64,000 bases of DNA from Lingula anatina (lineage: Eukaryota; Animalia; Brachiopoda), in contig CM120645.1 of NCBI GenBank assembly GCA_051362555.1, positions 18,290,001-18,354,000 of the forward strand. Direction: 5' to 3'. The notes beneath the pieces were generated by a model that was given only the letters and a program-made list of their open reading frames with translations, did no database searches and was not told the DNA's origin. This document shows positions 38,210 to 51,220 of the stretch, piece after piece. The translations under genes and the position numbers were made by a program. Position 1 is the first letter of the stretch, and each line of letters begins with the position of its first letter.

Positions 38210-39400
38210 ATCTAGAGGATCAGACAGGAATTAATGCCTCCAGGTATTGTACCACCAGCTGGAGTAAGAGCATTTGAAAAAAAAAGGACACAACCTCCAG
38301 TGTTGTGCTTCACAAGATCTACAAAATGTAGTCTCGAGTTCTAAATATTTTTATTGAAAATTACAATTTAAAACAAAATCATGAGAAAAAGTAAGAGTTT
38401 AAATCCAAATTTGTGAAGTGCTATTCATGGTGAAAAGTAGGTCAAAGGTCATTTTCAAGATCACCGTTAGATTGCCAGTATATGACTTCCTATTTAAGTT
38501 CAATAGTAACAATGGGCATATCTCTGTAGGTTTTGGAAATTTAAGAGACAGAAACCTTGCAAAGTTCAGTTCATGGTGAAAAGTAGGTCAAAGGTCAATT
38601 TTAAGGTCACAGTTGAATTGCCAGTATATATCTTCCTATTCAAGTTCAATAGTAACTATGGGCATATTTCTGCTTATTTTGAAGATATAACAGATAATGC
38701 AAAGTTCAGCTCATGGTGAAAAGAAAGTCTTAGGTCAATTTTAAGGTAACAGTTAAATTGTCAGTATATGACTTCCTATTCAAGTTCAATTTAGTGGCTA
38801 TAGGCCTATCTCTGCCAGTTTCGGAGATATAAGTGAGAGAAACCTTGCAAAGTTCAGTTCATGGTGAAAAGTAGGTCAAAGGTTTGAATGCCCCTTTAAG
38901 GTTCCAGAATTACAGAGTTTTCAATTTTAGTATCTATTCACTACTTCTCCCATGAAAATGCACCGATTGACTCCAAACTCAGGATGAAAGGAGACCCAAA
39001 GAGTAACACCTCACTGTAACATGAAATCTTACCAGTTGGTCCATGTAGTTTCTGAAAAAGGGCAAAACATTTTTTTTACACAGAAAATTCCCATTTTTAC
39101 AGAATTTTGGCCCATTAGACCATGAAATAAATGTCAAAGATCAAATCCAAGGGCATATTTAGCATCACTACAAATGACTTTCGGTCAGACTTCCATAGCA
39201 GCTTTCCCCATATTTAGCATTAAATTTTCCAAAATTTGGGCAAGGGTGCATTGCGACAAGCACCATAACTGGGCTAATGTACCAACATCCCCCAAAATCT
39301 AGGTGGATCAGGTTGAGATTATATGTGTGGCCTAAATCCAAGTTATGGTGACACAGGCCCTTCTAGGAGAAGAAGCCTTCAGGGTGACATGGCGGTGGAG
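38210..39400 (+). mobile_element. HINE-like copy with a ~145-bp array
   Basis: Colinear with 18531-20110. Further fragments lie at 21720-22050, 37520-37880, 44500-44800 (reverse) and 55190-55600. Confidence 0.75.
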
Positions 39401-41702
39401 CTGATTTTTCCCATAAATCTTTCTGTTTGGGAAATGTTGAGCAATTAATTGTCTGCCTGCACCCATGCCATTTTAGATTTTTAATTTCTTTTTAATATTA
39501 CAACCCTACCCAAGACATATTTTTGGTACTGCTTGGATTTGACTCCCTGATAATCTGCGGCCAAATTATAGATTCACAATTTTGAACTTCCTGTACCCTT
39601 AATCCTGATGAAACCCCTGCACATAATTATCAATTTTTGGGTGAACGGTGAAATGTTCACGGCCACTGTGATCAACAACACTGATCACAGACATGAGTGA
39701 TAGCTATATTTATAGTTGCTATATGTGAGGAGAGGAAGAAATTATTTGCTCGGTTCAATAATTGGTTGGTGGTGGTGAGAGCGGGAGTCACCCTGTGTTG
39801 CTCGAGCAGTAACACCTTGACAACTGAGCAGCGCGATTAATTGTTAAAATACTGAGATGGATACTTGAGCGAGGTTGGCAATTATTAAAGTCTTTAATTT
39901 ATATTTACAGAAACACCATTTTTGTATGAATACTTAATGGTCACTATATCACAACACCACAGAAAAAAATTATCCAAGAATGTCCATACCCATCCCCCAC
40001 CCCACCCCCTGACAGCTTAACTTTATCCCTTGGCAACCTAACTAAATGATCTTATTGTTCTGGTATCCACCTAATGCAGGAAATCACACCAGAACACAGT
40101 AACTGAGAATTTGTCTGTTTAATAGACATTAACATTACTACATATTCCACTTACATTAGATTTCTGGTTTTACACAAAGAATCCAAGTACAAAACCCTGC
40201 ACTCTATTTAACCCAATGTGCTTGAAATGCATATTAAACACATGCCCTTTCTGCTCAAGCCCTTTCTGCTGAAAGATTCCATCTGGTGAAATATTGAGGC
40301 AAGGTCAGCTTTTTACCATGCCATAGTGCATACTGCTCATGATAAGCATTTAAATCAATTGTTATATAAACAACCTGCATATTCATGCAGATTTTTCATC
40401 TTGCTCTTTCATTACTTTCCATTATCATCTAACCCTAGATGCTAGGGTAAGAGAATATAGCCAATGTCTGTTGTGCTACATTCCTGCTGTACAGAGAAGC
40501 CACAGCAAAGCTATAACTGAATGAAGCTCCTCAATCCATTTCTACTACCCAGTCATTTTTTCTTACCTATATGCTTCTTAGTTATTTCTTGTAGGTGCCA
40601 AATATGGTATCTAAAAATACCAATAAACACCTACAGCTGCTACACTATGTCTAGCTTCATTCTTTTTAGCATGTCTGAAATCATGGACTCACCTTCTCTC
40701 TGTTGAAAGTCTTCTTTGCATTATCAGCAGGGCACCAAACATAAAGCTCCACCCAGATAAATGATCAGCCAATCAAACTAGGAATATGATTCAAGAGTTC
40801 CTGTGAGCTCAACCTTTCAGCCCACCACTCACAGACCAATGTTTTGATATATGGTAATTAATCCCAACTTTTAATCTACTCATTTATTAAAAAACTTTGT
40901 TTTTTAAACATGGGAGTAGGTTACTCAAAATGTCATACTGTATGGCAGGCACTTAACTTAGATTTTAAAATTTTCAATTTATCTTTTTTTTTGCTAGTTA
41001 AACTAACATCATGTTATAGTTAGAATATATGTTTTAATTTACTGAATAATTACTGTACCACTAATAAAGCACAGCAGCACAATCCAGACCACTTCCTAAG
41101 AATGCAAGTCCAAGCAGGATGGGTAAATTGACACTTGTGTGCATGAACTACATATTTTTTTAGTCAGGAAACTTTATCCCCAATTGCTGATATCAGTGTC
41201 TTTAAGAAATGGTTCCAGCTGAGACCAAATAAAGGTTAGTCATCAGGGGGGAAAGGATGGCCTGCCAAACTTAAACAAAGAATGGAGAGAGAGTGCAGAC
41301 AGCTAGGAAAAACCAAACTGCAACCACAGTAACATCTTTTCATCTTTCTAATGCAAAAACAAAACAAAACAAAACATGGCAGCAAAGCTGTCAAATGTAC
41401 AGACAACAAGAAAGAATAATAATCCAATCAAGCTGGTTTTCCAATTTCAGCTGTATGTCAATCATTCTTGTAAGTAACAAACCAATCAGTAATACAGTTT
41501 TCTTTTAAGAGCATTTGTAGTGGCAGTATACAAAATATTTTGATCAATTTTGATGGGAAAAATATCAATTGACCAATTTCAAATGTCCCATTTGTTCCCT
41601 TCTGAGATTAAGATGCAAAAATGTTAAAAGAACACTTTTACTTTTGTAATTACTTCAGTGATGAGACTGTTTTAAAGCCTTGTCTGATGAAAAACTAATT
41701 TA

Positions 41703-41761
<59 letters not shown>

Positions 41762-42107
41762 CAGAACTTCATCAAAACTTAATTGAACAAGATAATTTTC
41801 GAACTTGATCTCTACATTAGTCCCATGAATCAGTTCTGCATGTTTTAAAGCAAAATATGACACGTTTTCATGTTACTTGTATGACGGTGGATAAAATACG
41901 ATGGAAAAAAAAAACATTACTTTTGGAAAAATGGTCCAATCAAGCCAATTTTGGAACTTGGATTGTCTTTTATGAATATTCATCAGTTCTGTAAGTTTGA
42001 AGAAAAAGGTCCAATAGTTTTCCACTTAACATTATAACACTGACAGTACACTGCAACAGCAGCACATCTAAAATGATGGCAGACGCAGGTGACAGCTATA
42101 TGTACAG

Positions 42108-43499
42108 CAGTCTTCGACGTTAAGCGGTGGACCGTGGACCGAGTCCACTAAATTTTCCGTCGGTCCAGTAAATATTGAAATTTAAGTGGACCGACGGTCC
42201 AGCTAAAATATTGAGAGATGCATGGGTTGCGTTGAGCAAAATTTAGAGCACATAAAATCAAATAAAAATTGTGTTATCTTCGCGAATATATAGTCTAAAA
42301 GGTTGTGATAACGCGAGCCATAACCAAAATAAAATGAGTGTGGCAGATGAGCCCAAACACAATGGTTGTGCGCAATGTGAGCTTTGAGAATTCTGATTGG
42401 TCAATTATATTGGGTCATCCAATCACGGTCTTGAAAGTGTGAACCACGAGGTTTTACGAAATGGCGTTCCTGAAGCATTTTGCGAAACCCGGAGTAAAAA
42501 GAAAAGTGTTAGATCTACAAAGTCAAGAGTACGAACGAAAAAGGATAAGGAAGTTTCAAAGTTCGTGGCAGCACAGTTTTTCCTGGCTTGTGTATGACAC
42601 CGAGGCTAACACCATGCATTGTAAAATCTGCCGAAGTCTGAAAAATGATTCTGGTGGGGATTCCCCCCTTATCGCGGGAACGTCAAATTTTAAGATAGAT
42701 GTTGTTAGGCTACATGCAGCATGTAAACAACACCAGCGGAATTCTGAACTTATCGCAGCAAAATCTACGCCCATTTCCCAGAGTGTAGCGGCAGACTGCC
42801 TGGGGAAACTGAAGAGGGCTGAATATACCAGGCTGGTATCCAAGTTCCGATCGGCACACGCCATAGCCAAGCACCATCTGAGTTTCAATTTGTTTAAGAC
42901 ATTTTGTAAACTGGACACGGCCAAAGGCCTTGGTGTTGGCACTTCTCACACCACTGACAAGTCCGCTGCACAATTTGTGTCTGCTATCGCAAATGTGGAA
43001 AGGAGAAGGGTAATTCAGAAGATTGAATCATGCAAATTTTTGAGCTTAACTATGGATGTGATATTCTGGGGGGTTTGTCACTTTATGTGTTTTTTTACTT
43101 AAATTAAATCAAGACATTGCTGTTATAATAAAATGTTATTGCTGTGTGAATACTAATGAAATGTTTTCAAATAAAATTATCAAAATTTAATAGTCACTGT
43201 TTATTAAGTAAGGTTATATATTATTTCTTTTTTTATTCTGTATTATTATCATTTATTTATTTATTTATTTATTTATAATTAAATTATTGCCAATTTCATT
43301 TACTATAAACATCTCATCTTTTTTTAGAATAAATAAATAAATAAATAAATTTGGTACAAAAACATCAGCCTTATTTATTATTTTCTTTTAAAACAAAAAT
43401 TATTAGAATTGGTCCAGTAAAAGTTGGTTCGGTCCAGTATGAATTGCAGTCTTGGTGGACCAAATGTCCACTAATTAAAAAATTTATTCGTGAAGACTG
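42108..43499 (+). mobile_element. Internally deleted hAT transposon with a 6-bp TSD
   Basis: GTACAG|CAGTCTTCGACG ... CGTGAAGACTG|GTACAG, with subterminal GGTCCAG/TGGACC repeats. The uninterrupted host repeat is seen at ~9000 (TATATGTACAGACAC). Confidence 0.9.
42461..43102 (+). pseudogene. Truncated hAT transposase (TTF-type zinc finger, ZNF862-like N-terminus)
   Basis: RKFQSSWQHSFSWL..MHCKICR..GTSNFKIDVVRLHAACKQH. Similarity ends at FLSLTMD (the first catalytic Asp) and runs into AT-rich sequence. Confidence 0.85.
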
Positions 43500-44112
43500 G
43501 TACAGACACATCTGTGTCAGGACAAAAATAAGCATAACTTCAATAAAAATAAACACATCAAGCTAATTTTCAGATTTTGATCTATGTATCAGACCTTTGA
43601 AACAATCTTGCAAATTTCAAAGCAAAATATGACATGGTTTTAGTATTATTTATAAAACAGTGGAGACAATATGCTGAAAAATGTGAAAAAACAGCTGTAC
43701 TTTTGGAAAATGGTCCAATCAAGCAGGTTTTCATATCTGACATGTATTTTATGAACATTTGAAGACAAAAGACAATTATTTTCATTTTATTTGTATAACA
43801 GTGGATAAAATGTGCTGAAAAAAAGAAAAAAACATCTTAACTTTTGTTTGACCTCTTTTCTTCACACTTGCAAAACTGATGAATAATCATAAAATACAGG
43901 TGGATTTTGAAAAGCGTCTTGATCAGACCATGTTTCCAAAGGTTATGTTGCTTTTTTTTTTTTTACTTTTTTTTTAGCATATGTACAATACAGATAACAC
44001 ATTTGAAGGAAAACCTATTGGCCTATTGTCTTCAAACTTACAGGAGTGACCAATATTATTCAAATATAGGTCGAGCTCCAAAATCAGCTTGATCTATTTT
44101 TTCAACAGTTAA

Positions 44113-44453
44113 AGGGATAATAACTGTTCGTTTTGGCCAAAAAATGAATTTTCCCGGAGTAAACAACAATTTCCCCATACTTACCAATGGTTAACGAAAC
44201 CATTTCTACATTCAAAGTTAGTCCCTGTTTTTTTTTTAAAGCTTCGTTTTATGTTATAATCTTATAATCTTAAGAGATGATTACAGAGTATAGACATCTA
44301 TGGAGGTCATGTGGTCTGATGACAAGCTCTGATATCAGAATAATAGCTATAACAACCGTTATTGTGGTAAAACAGAATATATTATATTTCTATGAGTTGT
44401 TTACAATGTTTTTATTGTGAAATATAGATCTCATACAAAGAGTTATTATCCCT
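44113..44453. mobile_element. Kolobok-like MITE (TTAA TSD)
   Basis: TTAA|AGGGATAATAACT ... AGTTATTATCCCT|TTAA, an inverted copy of 8244-8579. Confidence 0.85.
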
Positions 44454-45280
44454 TTAAGTGGTTTATTAATCTTTTACAGTATATTTTGAAAACTGAATGC
44501 TTAGTATCCCCCAAACCAAAGGAATTATGGGAAATGTTACTAAGGAAGTTTGACTAAAAGTCATTAGTTGAGATTTCTAAGTTGACCTTAGACTTGACTG
44601 TACTTTGCAAATTTTCCAGATGATATATCTCCTTAACTGGAAGAGATACACCCATAGTTATCATTGAATTGAAAGAGAAGTCGTATATTGGCAATTTTAA
44701 TGTGACCACGAATTTGACCTTTGACCTACTTTTCATCATGACCTGAACTTTGCAAACTTTACAGGGAATTCTCTGAAATTGGTAGAAATACACCCATAGC
44801 TACCAGTGTTTCCCTGCATTCTGTCGAGTGAGGTGACATTTGTCAAAAACACTGCCTCAATGAGTTATATCACTACAAAAGTACTTTCTTTATTCAAGTT
44901 AACTGAAAATTATATTTTTTTCTGCAAAAAAAAAAAAAAAAAAAATCTAAACCATGTACTCATTGTAACATACGTCAATCCATGTCCTTTGCACTGGAAT
45001 GCATGTACAGCTTTCTAAAAATAACCGCAGTCACCATCTGGCGCCAGTGCCTCGTTTTTTAGAGTTCTATCTATTTCATTTGAAGTATATTAGTCAAACT
45101 GAAAAGAGGCAAGTTGTTCTTAGAAACATGCAGGCACAAGATTGAAGTTAAAAAGACTCTCTCTCTCTGTGTTACGTTTATTTGGCACTTTTTGAATTGG
45201 TCGGGCAGTATTTAGAAGCATATAATTTTCAAGCTTTAACCACAAAAAAGGTGGAAAATAAGCAGTCACACTGTCACTAA

Positions 45281-45713
45281 GATTGCGTTCCCACAGATTT
45301 TAGATTGATCTATCCCCCTATGGAGTCTCACTAGATTGCATTTAGCTTAGCCAGCTTAAATGTTTGTCCTGCCTACTAAAAGCTGTAAGGGGGTAATTTA
45401 CTTCCGTGCGTGCTCGACTGACAGCAATTTAGCGTGAACCCCCAAGGAGTTAGGTCTATCCAGATGGATCAATCTAAATCTGTCGGGAATGCAGTCTAAG
45501 GCTGTATTCCCAGAGCTTTTAGATCGATCTATCCCCGCGGGGAGTCTCACTAGATTACTGTCAGATAATCCGGCTTAAATGTCCGTCCTGCCTACTACAA
45601 GCTGTAAGGGGGTAATTAACTTTCGTGTCCGTCTGGCTGACAGCTATTTAGCGTGAACCCCCAGGGAGTTAGGTCGATCTAAATAGATCGATCTAATCTC
45701 TGGAAATGGGGTC
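45281..45713 (+). mobile_element. Head-to-tail dimer of Harbinger-like MITE H1
   Basis: TAA|45281-45496|TAA|45500-45713|TAA. Confidence 0.85.
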
Positions 45714-46857
45714 TAAGGGACAGTTTGGAGCAACTAGTTCATGCCAGTATTGCCCAACTTAGAAGACAGCTGAACTGCTGCTCTAACAAATATAGATTTC
45801 CCTGATTTGACATACTTTTAGTTAAGCAACAATTTTAGGGAGAACCAGAAGGGAGAGAATTTGTCTCAGTGTTAGCCTTTAGCCAACCTGATCAGAGACC
45901 ATCAGACTGATAAGATGGATGCAACACATGAGCTTGGTACAATGTGGCTGTGTTTCACATTATTTCCTTTCAAATGAACCAAGAGTGCTATGTGATATAA
46001 ATCATGACTCATGATATATGGATTCCAGGAAGCACTTGAAGCATATGATATAGATTTTGCAAAGCATACAATCCATGGTGATGCACATGCCAAAAGTTGA
46101 TGTGAGATGACATCAGGTAGTTCTTATTAAACAATGAAAGTATTTCTCCACATCAAGGATTAATTGCAGAATTATCCCATGGACAGAATGATGTAGGATA
46201 TATAGACAATGTATGCAACTGTATATACTCTGACTATAAAGTCTGAATGACTTTGTTTAGTAAAGTGCAGGTTCCTATTTAAAGTCAGCACAATTAGATA
46301 AATTTCAAGACTTTCCTTTTTTTATTATTATTTTTCATTGGGTACATATACCTTATACAATTACAAGAAGTGCCTGGATATAAATAGGAACGTTCCTTTC
46401 AAAAACTGGTTTGATTTGATTTTTAAAATTAAAAATACTGTTACTAGCTTTTGTCTGTTTGCTGTTTGCACCTGTATTTTAATTGTTTCTAAAACTTGTC
46501 ATTATATTTATTATAACAGAAAGTATCGTTTGGTCTCTATTTCTTTCCATTCACTACTTCAACACCTCCAAGTGTATTTCAGTATTTATTTGAATGAACC
46601 TGAAGTGAAGTCTGGTTTTCATCACATCCATCATTTCCATACCATCTGGTGTATTTTTATAGATAATCAAACTGCATACTCTATTAATATCAATTTCATC
46701 TGGATGGTTTCGGGTAAAGTCTCCAGGAAATAAGATATTAAAAGCTATATATCAGGGTGGGCAATAGCTTCCACTGATAAACAACCAGTGAATTATATCA
46801 TTATGAAGAAGAAGCACATTAAAAATAGCTTACATTATTCATTAATTTGGAATTTGA

Positions 46858-46996
46858 TAGCCATAAAAACTGGACATTTAAAAAAAAAATCTAGTGAACC
46901 TAACAAACTGGTTAAATATTTTTATATTAGCCATAAAAACTGGACATTAAAAAAAAATCTAGTGAACCTAACAAACTGGTTAAATATTTTTATATC
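46858..46996 (+). repeat. ~70-bp tandem duplication
   Basis: TAGCCATAAAAACTGGACATT...GGTTAAATATTTTTATAT occurs twice. Confidence 0.9.
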
Positions 46997-47432
46997 AATG
47001 ACATATACACACTCTTGGGTAAAGCACAGTTTGTAAAACCTACAACTGCTGTTGCTTTTGAACAGCCACGTAATGGTCACTCGTATGTATACAAATCTTT
47101 CAAAGCAATGTACATGCTATATCCACTAACTCTTTATGTGGCTTGCAAGTTATGACCACTTCAATAACCTTAAGGCAGATCCTCTGTCTGTAAGGCCTGT
47201 TGCTCATATCCACCGGCTCTATGGCTAATTGGTCACATAAGACTGTTTTACCAAGATATCAGGACAATCCCCTCCACCCCCTAGAAAATTCTCCCAACAA
47301 TTCTTCCCTAAAATAATGTGATTATGAGAATGAACAATGTGATATTGTGAGAAAATATAAATGCCTGCCTTTAATTCAGAATGTATCTCATGGTAGAGGT
47401 AGGGTAAACAGCTAATCTCACTTATACAGGTA

Positions 47433-48394
47433 CAGGCCTTCCCAACTACCAGACTCGGCACCTACGGGTCCAGTATAAACCGGTTTATCAGACCACACTA
47501 CCCGTTTTCAAGGTGTGTGTCAGATCGCATTACAGAGTATCAGCCACCACACCGATTTTGCCAGGTGCGCGATGTGATAGCAATGATCCTAAGCGGGGTT
47601 GGAAAGTAGTGCATCTCATCTAGATTCATGCGCTGCTGCAATTTTCTGTTTATGCTCAAATCTGACAGTACCGCAATTTTTAACATAAAATTTAGGTTCG
47701 GACATAGCCATTGATGTTTTGTAAATAAGAACTTGCAAACTTATATATTAATTTAGAAAAGTATACCTAATTTTGATAGCAGAAGCATATTCTGTCGGGG
47801 GTTAAATATTCTTGTGACTACCGGGATGGACGAGATTGAGGGCAGGGGTAATCCTAGAGAGGGGTGAGAAACGTCCATTGTTCTCGTCAGCGAGGCTGTC
47901 CTTTTTCAGGGTTTGTACGCACGGACAGAAAACTTAAGTATTGTGGGAACGTTACTAATGAAGCCACTGGTAGTACTAGTAGATATCAGCCTGTAGTCTT
48001 GAACAAGCGCCTCGATGACGAGTGAACAGTTTTCAAAAACAAAAGACCCAGGTGTGGTAGTTCAACTACTGTTGATGCGTGCCGCAACGACCAAACCTAA
48101 TTGCTCCTCAAGGTCACAAAACAATAACCGGTACTGACGGCTAGGCTCGTCTTAATCATATAAGTAGCGCGTTTCCACCCCCTGATTGAGGGAGTCGTCT
48201 GTTGTATTCATGCGACTCCTACTTGACGAAAACGAGGCGCGATACCCGGATGACAGGTAGGCTTACAGAATTTGTGGTAGGGTATGATACTCTTTTATGC
48301 GATCTGACACACACCTTGAAAACGGGTAGTGTGGTCAGATATACCGGTTTATTCTGGACCCGTAGGTGCCGAGTCTGGTAGTTGGGAAGGCCTG
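47433..48394. mobile_element. 962-bp non-autonomous DNA element with ~97-bp TIRs and a 5-bp TSD (hAT-like CAGG terminus)
   Basis: AGGTA|CAGGCCTTCCCAACTACCAGACTCGG ... CCGAGTCTGGTAGTTGGGAAGGCCTG|AGGTA. Confidence 0.9.
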
Positions 48395-48752
48395 AGGTAT
48401 CCCTATGATGAACTAATAAACAATTTTAATTGTTTTATGTCCACCCTAGACCCCTTCATAATGTTGCCTGCCTATAATCAAAGTGCATCACCAAAAAAAG
48501 GTGGGGTAAACAGATAATCTCACTCAATCAAGTATCCCTCTAATAAACTGTCAGTTTTGTTTCTCCACTTCCTATGACATTAATAAACAACCTTCAAAAG
48601 TTATTTTCTTTTTCTATTTTCATTATTTTTTACATAACCTGTTATTCAGAAAACACACTTAGTCTAACAAATGGAAAGAAGTTAAAATGACATTTGTTAA
48701 CTTATAGGAAAAATGACAAAATGGTAGTATTTTTTATAAAAAAAATGACATG

Positions 48753-48908
48753 CAGGGGCATTTCCAGAGATATTTTTTGGTCTTCCAAGTTATATTTGTG
48801 GATCCATCCTCCACTTCTGACCCTCTTCCAACAGAAAAAATTTTAAACCCATCAACGTAAACTTGAAAATCTGACTTTCTTCCAGAAGAAGACCTCTATC
48901 CGCTCCTG
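48753..48908 (+). mobile_element. Short CAGGGG MITE, 5-bp TSD
   Basis: ACATG|CAGGGGC ... GCTCCTG|ACATG. Homologous to 54786-54953. Confidence 0.75.
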
Positions 48909-49514
48909 ACATGGTACAGCAAATTTTCAAAGTTTGCAACTATAGCATCCAATAATTAAATAATTAATCAACCCCTCAGGTCTGTTTATGCACATGAGCT
49001 TCCTGAATTTTGTAATTAATAGCTTATAGCTTTGTTTTTGTTTCATTTTCTGTCTCTTTTCTCATTTTCAGTAAAATATTCAAGAAATGGAGGGTGGCTT
49101 GTCCAAGAAAAATTGCCAAGAATGTTCAACCAAATTGGTGAAAATCTTCCCATAAAATGCACCTGATTTAATAACAGCCGTAAGATTTGTTTTTTGTACC
49201 TGTAAATTCCTGAAGGTTTCATCATTCCATAGAAAAGTCACTTAACATTATTTCAATCATATATTAACATATATAAAATTGACATTTGCTCTAACACACA
49301 AATTTTAGCCCCAGTATGTGCTCTTGACTTGTGAAGGCCATGCAAGACAATAATCAGCTATTAATATTATCTAATCAACGCCTGCAGCATGATGTCAATC
49401 TGCAACATTAACAAATGGCCTGACAGCCAATGGCAATAAAAACTGGACCAACAAAGCATTCAGTTACTGACCAAACCGAGAAAGTGACTTTTCAGCTATA
49501 ATTTGTTTGATAAA

Positions 49515-51090
49515 TGAAACTCACACCACCACGCAAATGTCACAACACCACACACAAAACTTGCAACCACACTCACGAAACTCACAATACCAAACAAACT
49601 CACACCACCACACACAAAACTCACAACACCACACAAAAGTCACAACACCACACACAAAACTCACAACAAGAACAGGGTACTTTTTAAACACATAGGCTCC
49701 TGGAAAACCTGAGTATCATATACATCATGTTTAAACACAGAGGATAGTAGCAAACCTGAGCATCATATACATCTTGTTTGCACCAGGTGACCATTCAAAC
49801 TTGACCCACTTCAGTGGTCATTAAAGAATAATCAATCCATAATAATGGTTGCAAATTAAAGAGTAGTGGCCGGGGTGGGGGGTGGGGGGGGTGGGGGGGG
49901 GGGTTGTGGGAAACGTACCCCCTTTTGCAATTGCTGGCTATGGGCCTGGTTACCATATTTAAATATGCTTACATTGGCTGTTGGGAATTATTGCCTATCC
50001 TGCTTTTGTAAAGATAATCTTAAAATTGAAAATAAATACGGATTTTCTCTTTTTAAAATACGCAGTGTTGAACTGACTTATTTAAACAATTATAAATGAT
50101 CAGTTCCAGTTCAATCGATTATTTTCTACAGTATCTAAATGCTTTCTTTTTGTGCTTTTCCTTTATGATCATTATGTATTGCATTATCTGAATTAATGAA
50201 AGACTCTTTAAATGAATCTGGACATTCTTTGTATGGAAGTTTCAAATCTAAGGGACGGGTTTCGAACTTATGTGTCACTAATGAGTCATGCTTGGATGCT
50301 GATGGAGATAGGTTGTTCAATCAAAGGGTCTTAAAACAATGCTAGCTAACTTTGGGACACTTCTCAGGCTTAACATCCAGAAGTCACACATACGTCACTT
50401 CTGGATGTTTTAACATTAACATTGTGTTTTAACACAATATAAAAATTGCTTAAGTCATGTTTATAATTTACAACTTCTGCAGTTGAGACTGATACCTGAA
50501 TATCACATAACCAGTGTCAGGACTTTCAGGAAAACACATTTTTCAAATAATTGGCAATCCTCAAATGTAGCTGGGATTGGTTGATGTTTAGGAATAGATT
50601 CAGAAAATGACAATGGATTCTTTGTACTTGGCTACATTATTATTTCTACAAGGACCTTACCTTGCATAATTGGAGAGCTTTATTTTTAAATCTGAATTAA
50701 ATTTTGAATCTGAAATCTTAATTAAGGGTTATGGTGTAAAAAAGTAAGACACAAATTTAACATCTTAAAGGGTTGAATGGCCTGGTGCATTGGAACTGCC
50801 TCTACTCTTTAATTTGTAAGCTTGACAATTGATGGATCATTCTTAAATGGTCACAGAAGTGGGTCAAGTTTGAGTGGTCATCTAATGCAAATATGAAACA
50901 TGATATCCAGGTTTGCTAGCCTCTGTGTTTAAAGCACTCCCTGTTCACACTGTTTGTTTGGGGGTTGTAAATTTGTTTGGTGTTGTGAGTTTTGTGTGTG
51001 GCGTTGTAAGTTTTGTGTGGCGTTGTGAGCTTGTTTGGTGTTGTGAGTTTTGTGTGTAGTGTTGTGAGTTTCTTGTGGTGTTGTCGCACT
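49515..51090. repeat. Inverted repeat pair (~300-350 bp arms) ending in (CACAACACCACACACAAAACT)n minisatellites
   Basis: 49515-49866 is a diverged reverse complement of 50800-51090. No TSD was identified. Confidence 0.75.
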
Positions 51091-51220
51091 TACACACTTC
51101 CATACCTTTTTAATCACGATGTGTTAATCTAAGTAATTATTTTTGAAAATTGGACTTCAACCAGTGAATTTTGGTTCAGGGCAAAAGATTGTCAGACCCT
51201 GGTGGCCGGATGGCCTTTTA

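Noticed and set aside
40250-40720. Possible decayed LTR-retrotransposon integrase fragment
   Set aside because: The resemblance is vague, there are many stops, and no diagnostic motif is present.
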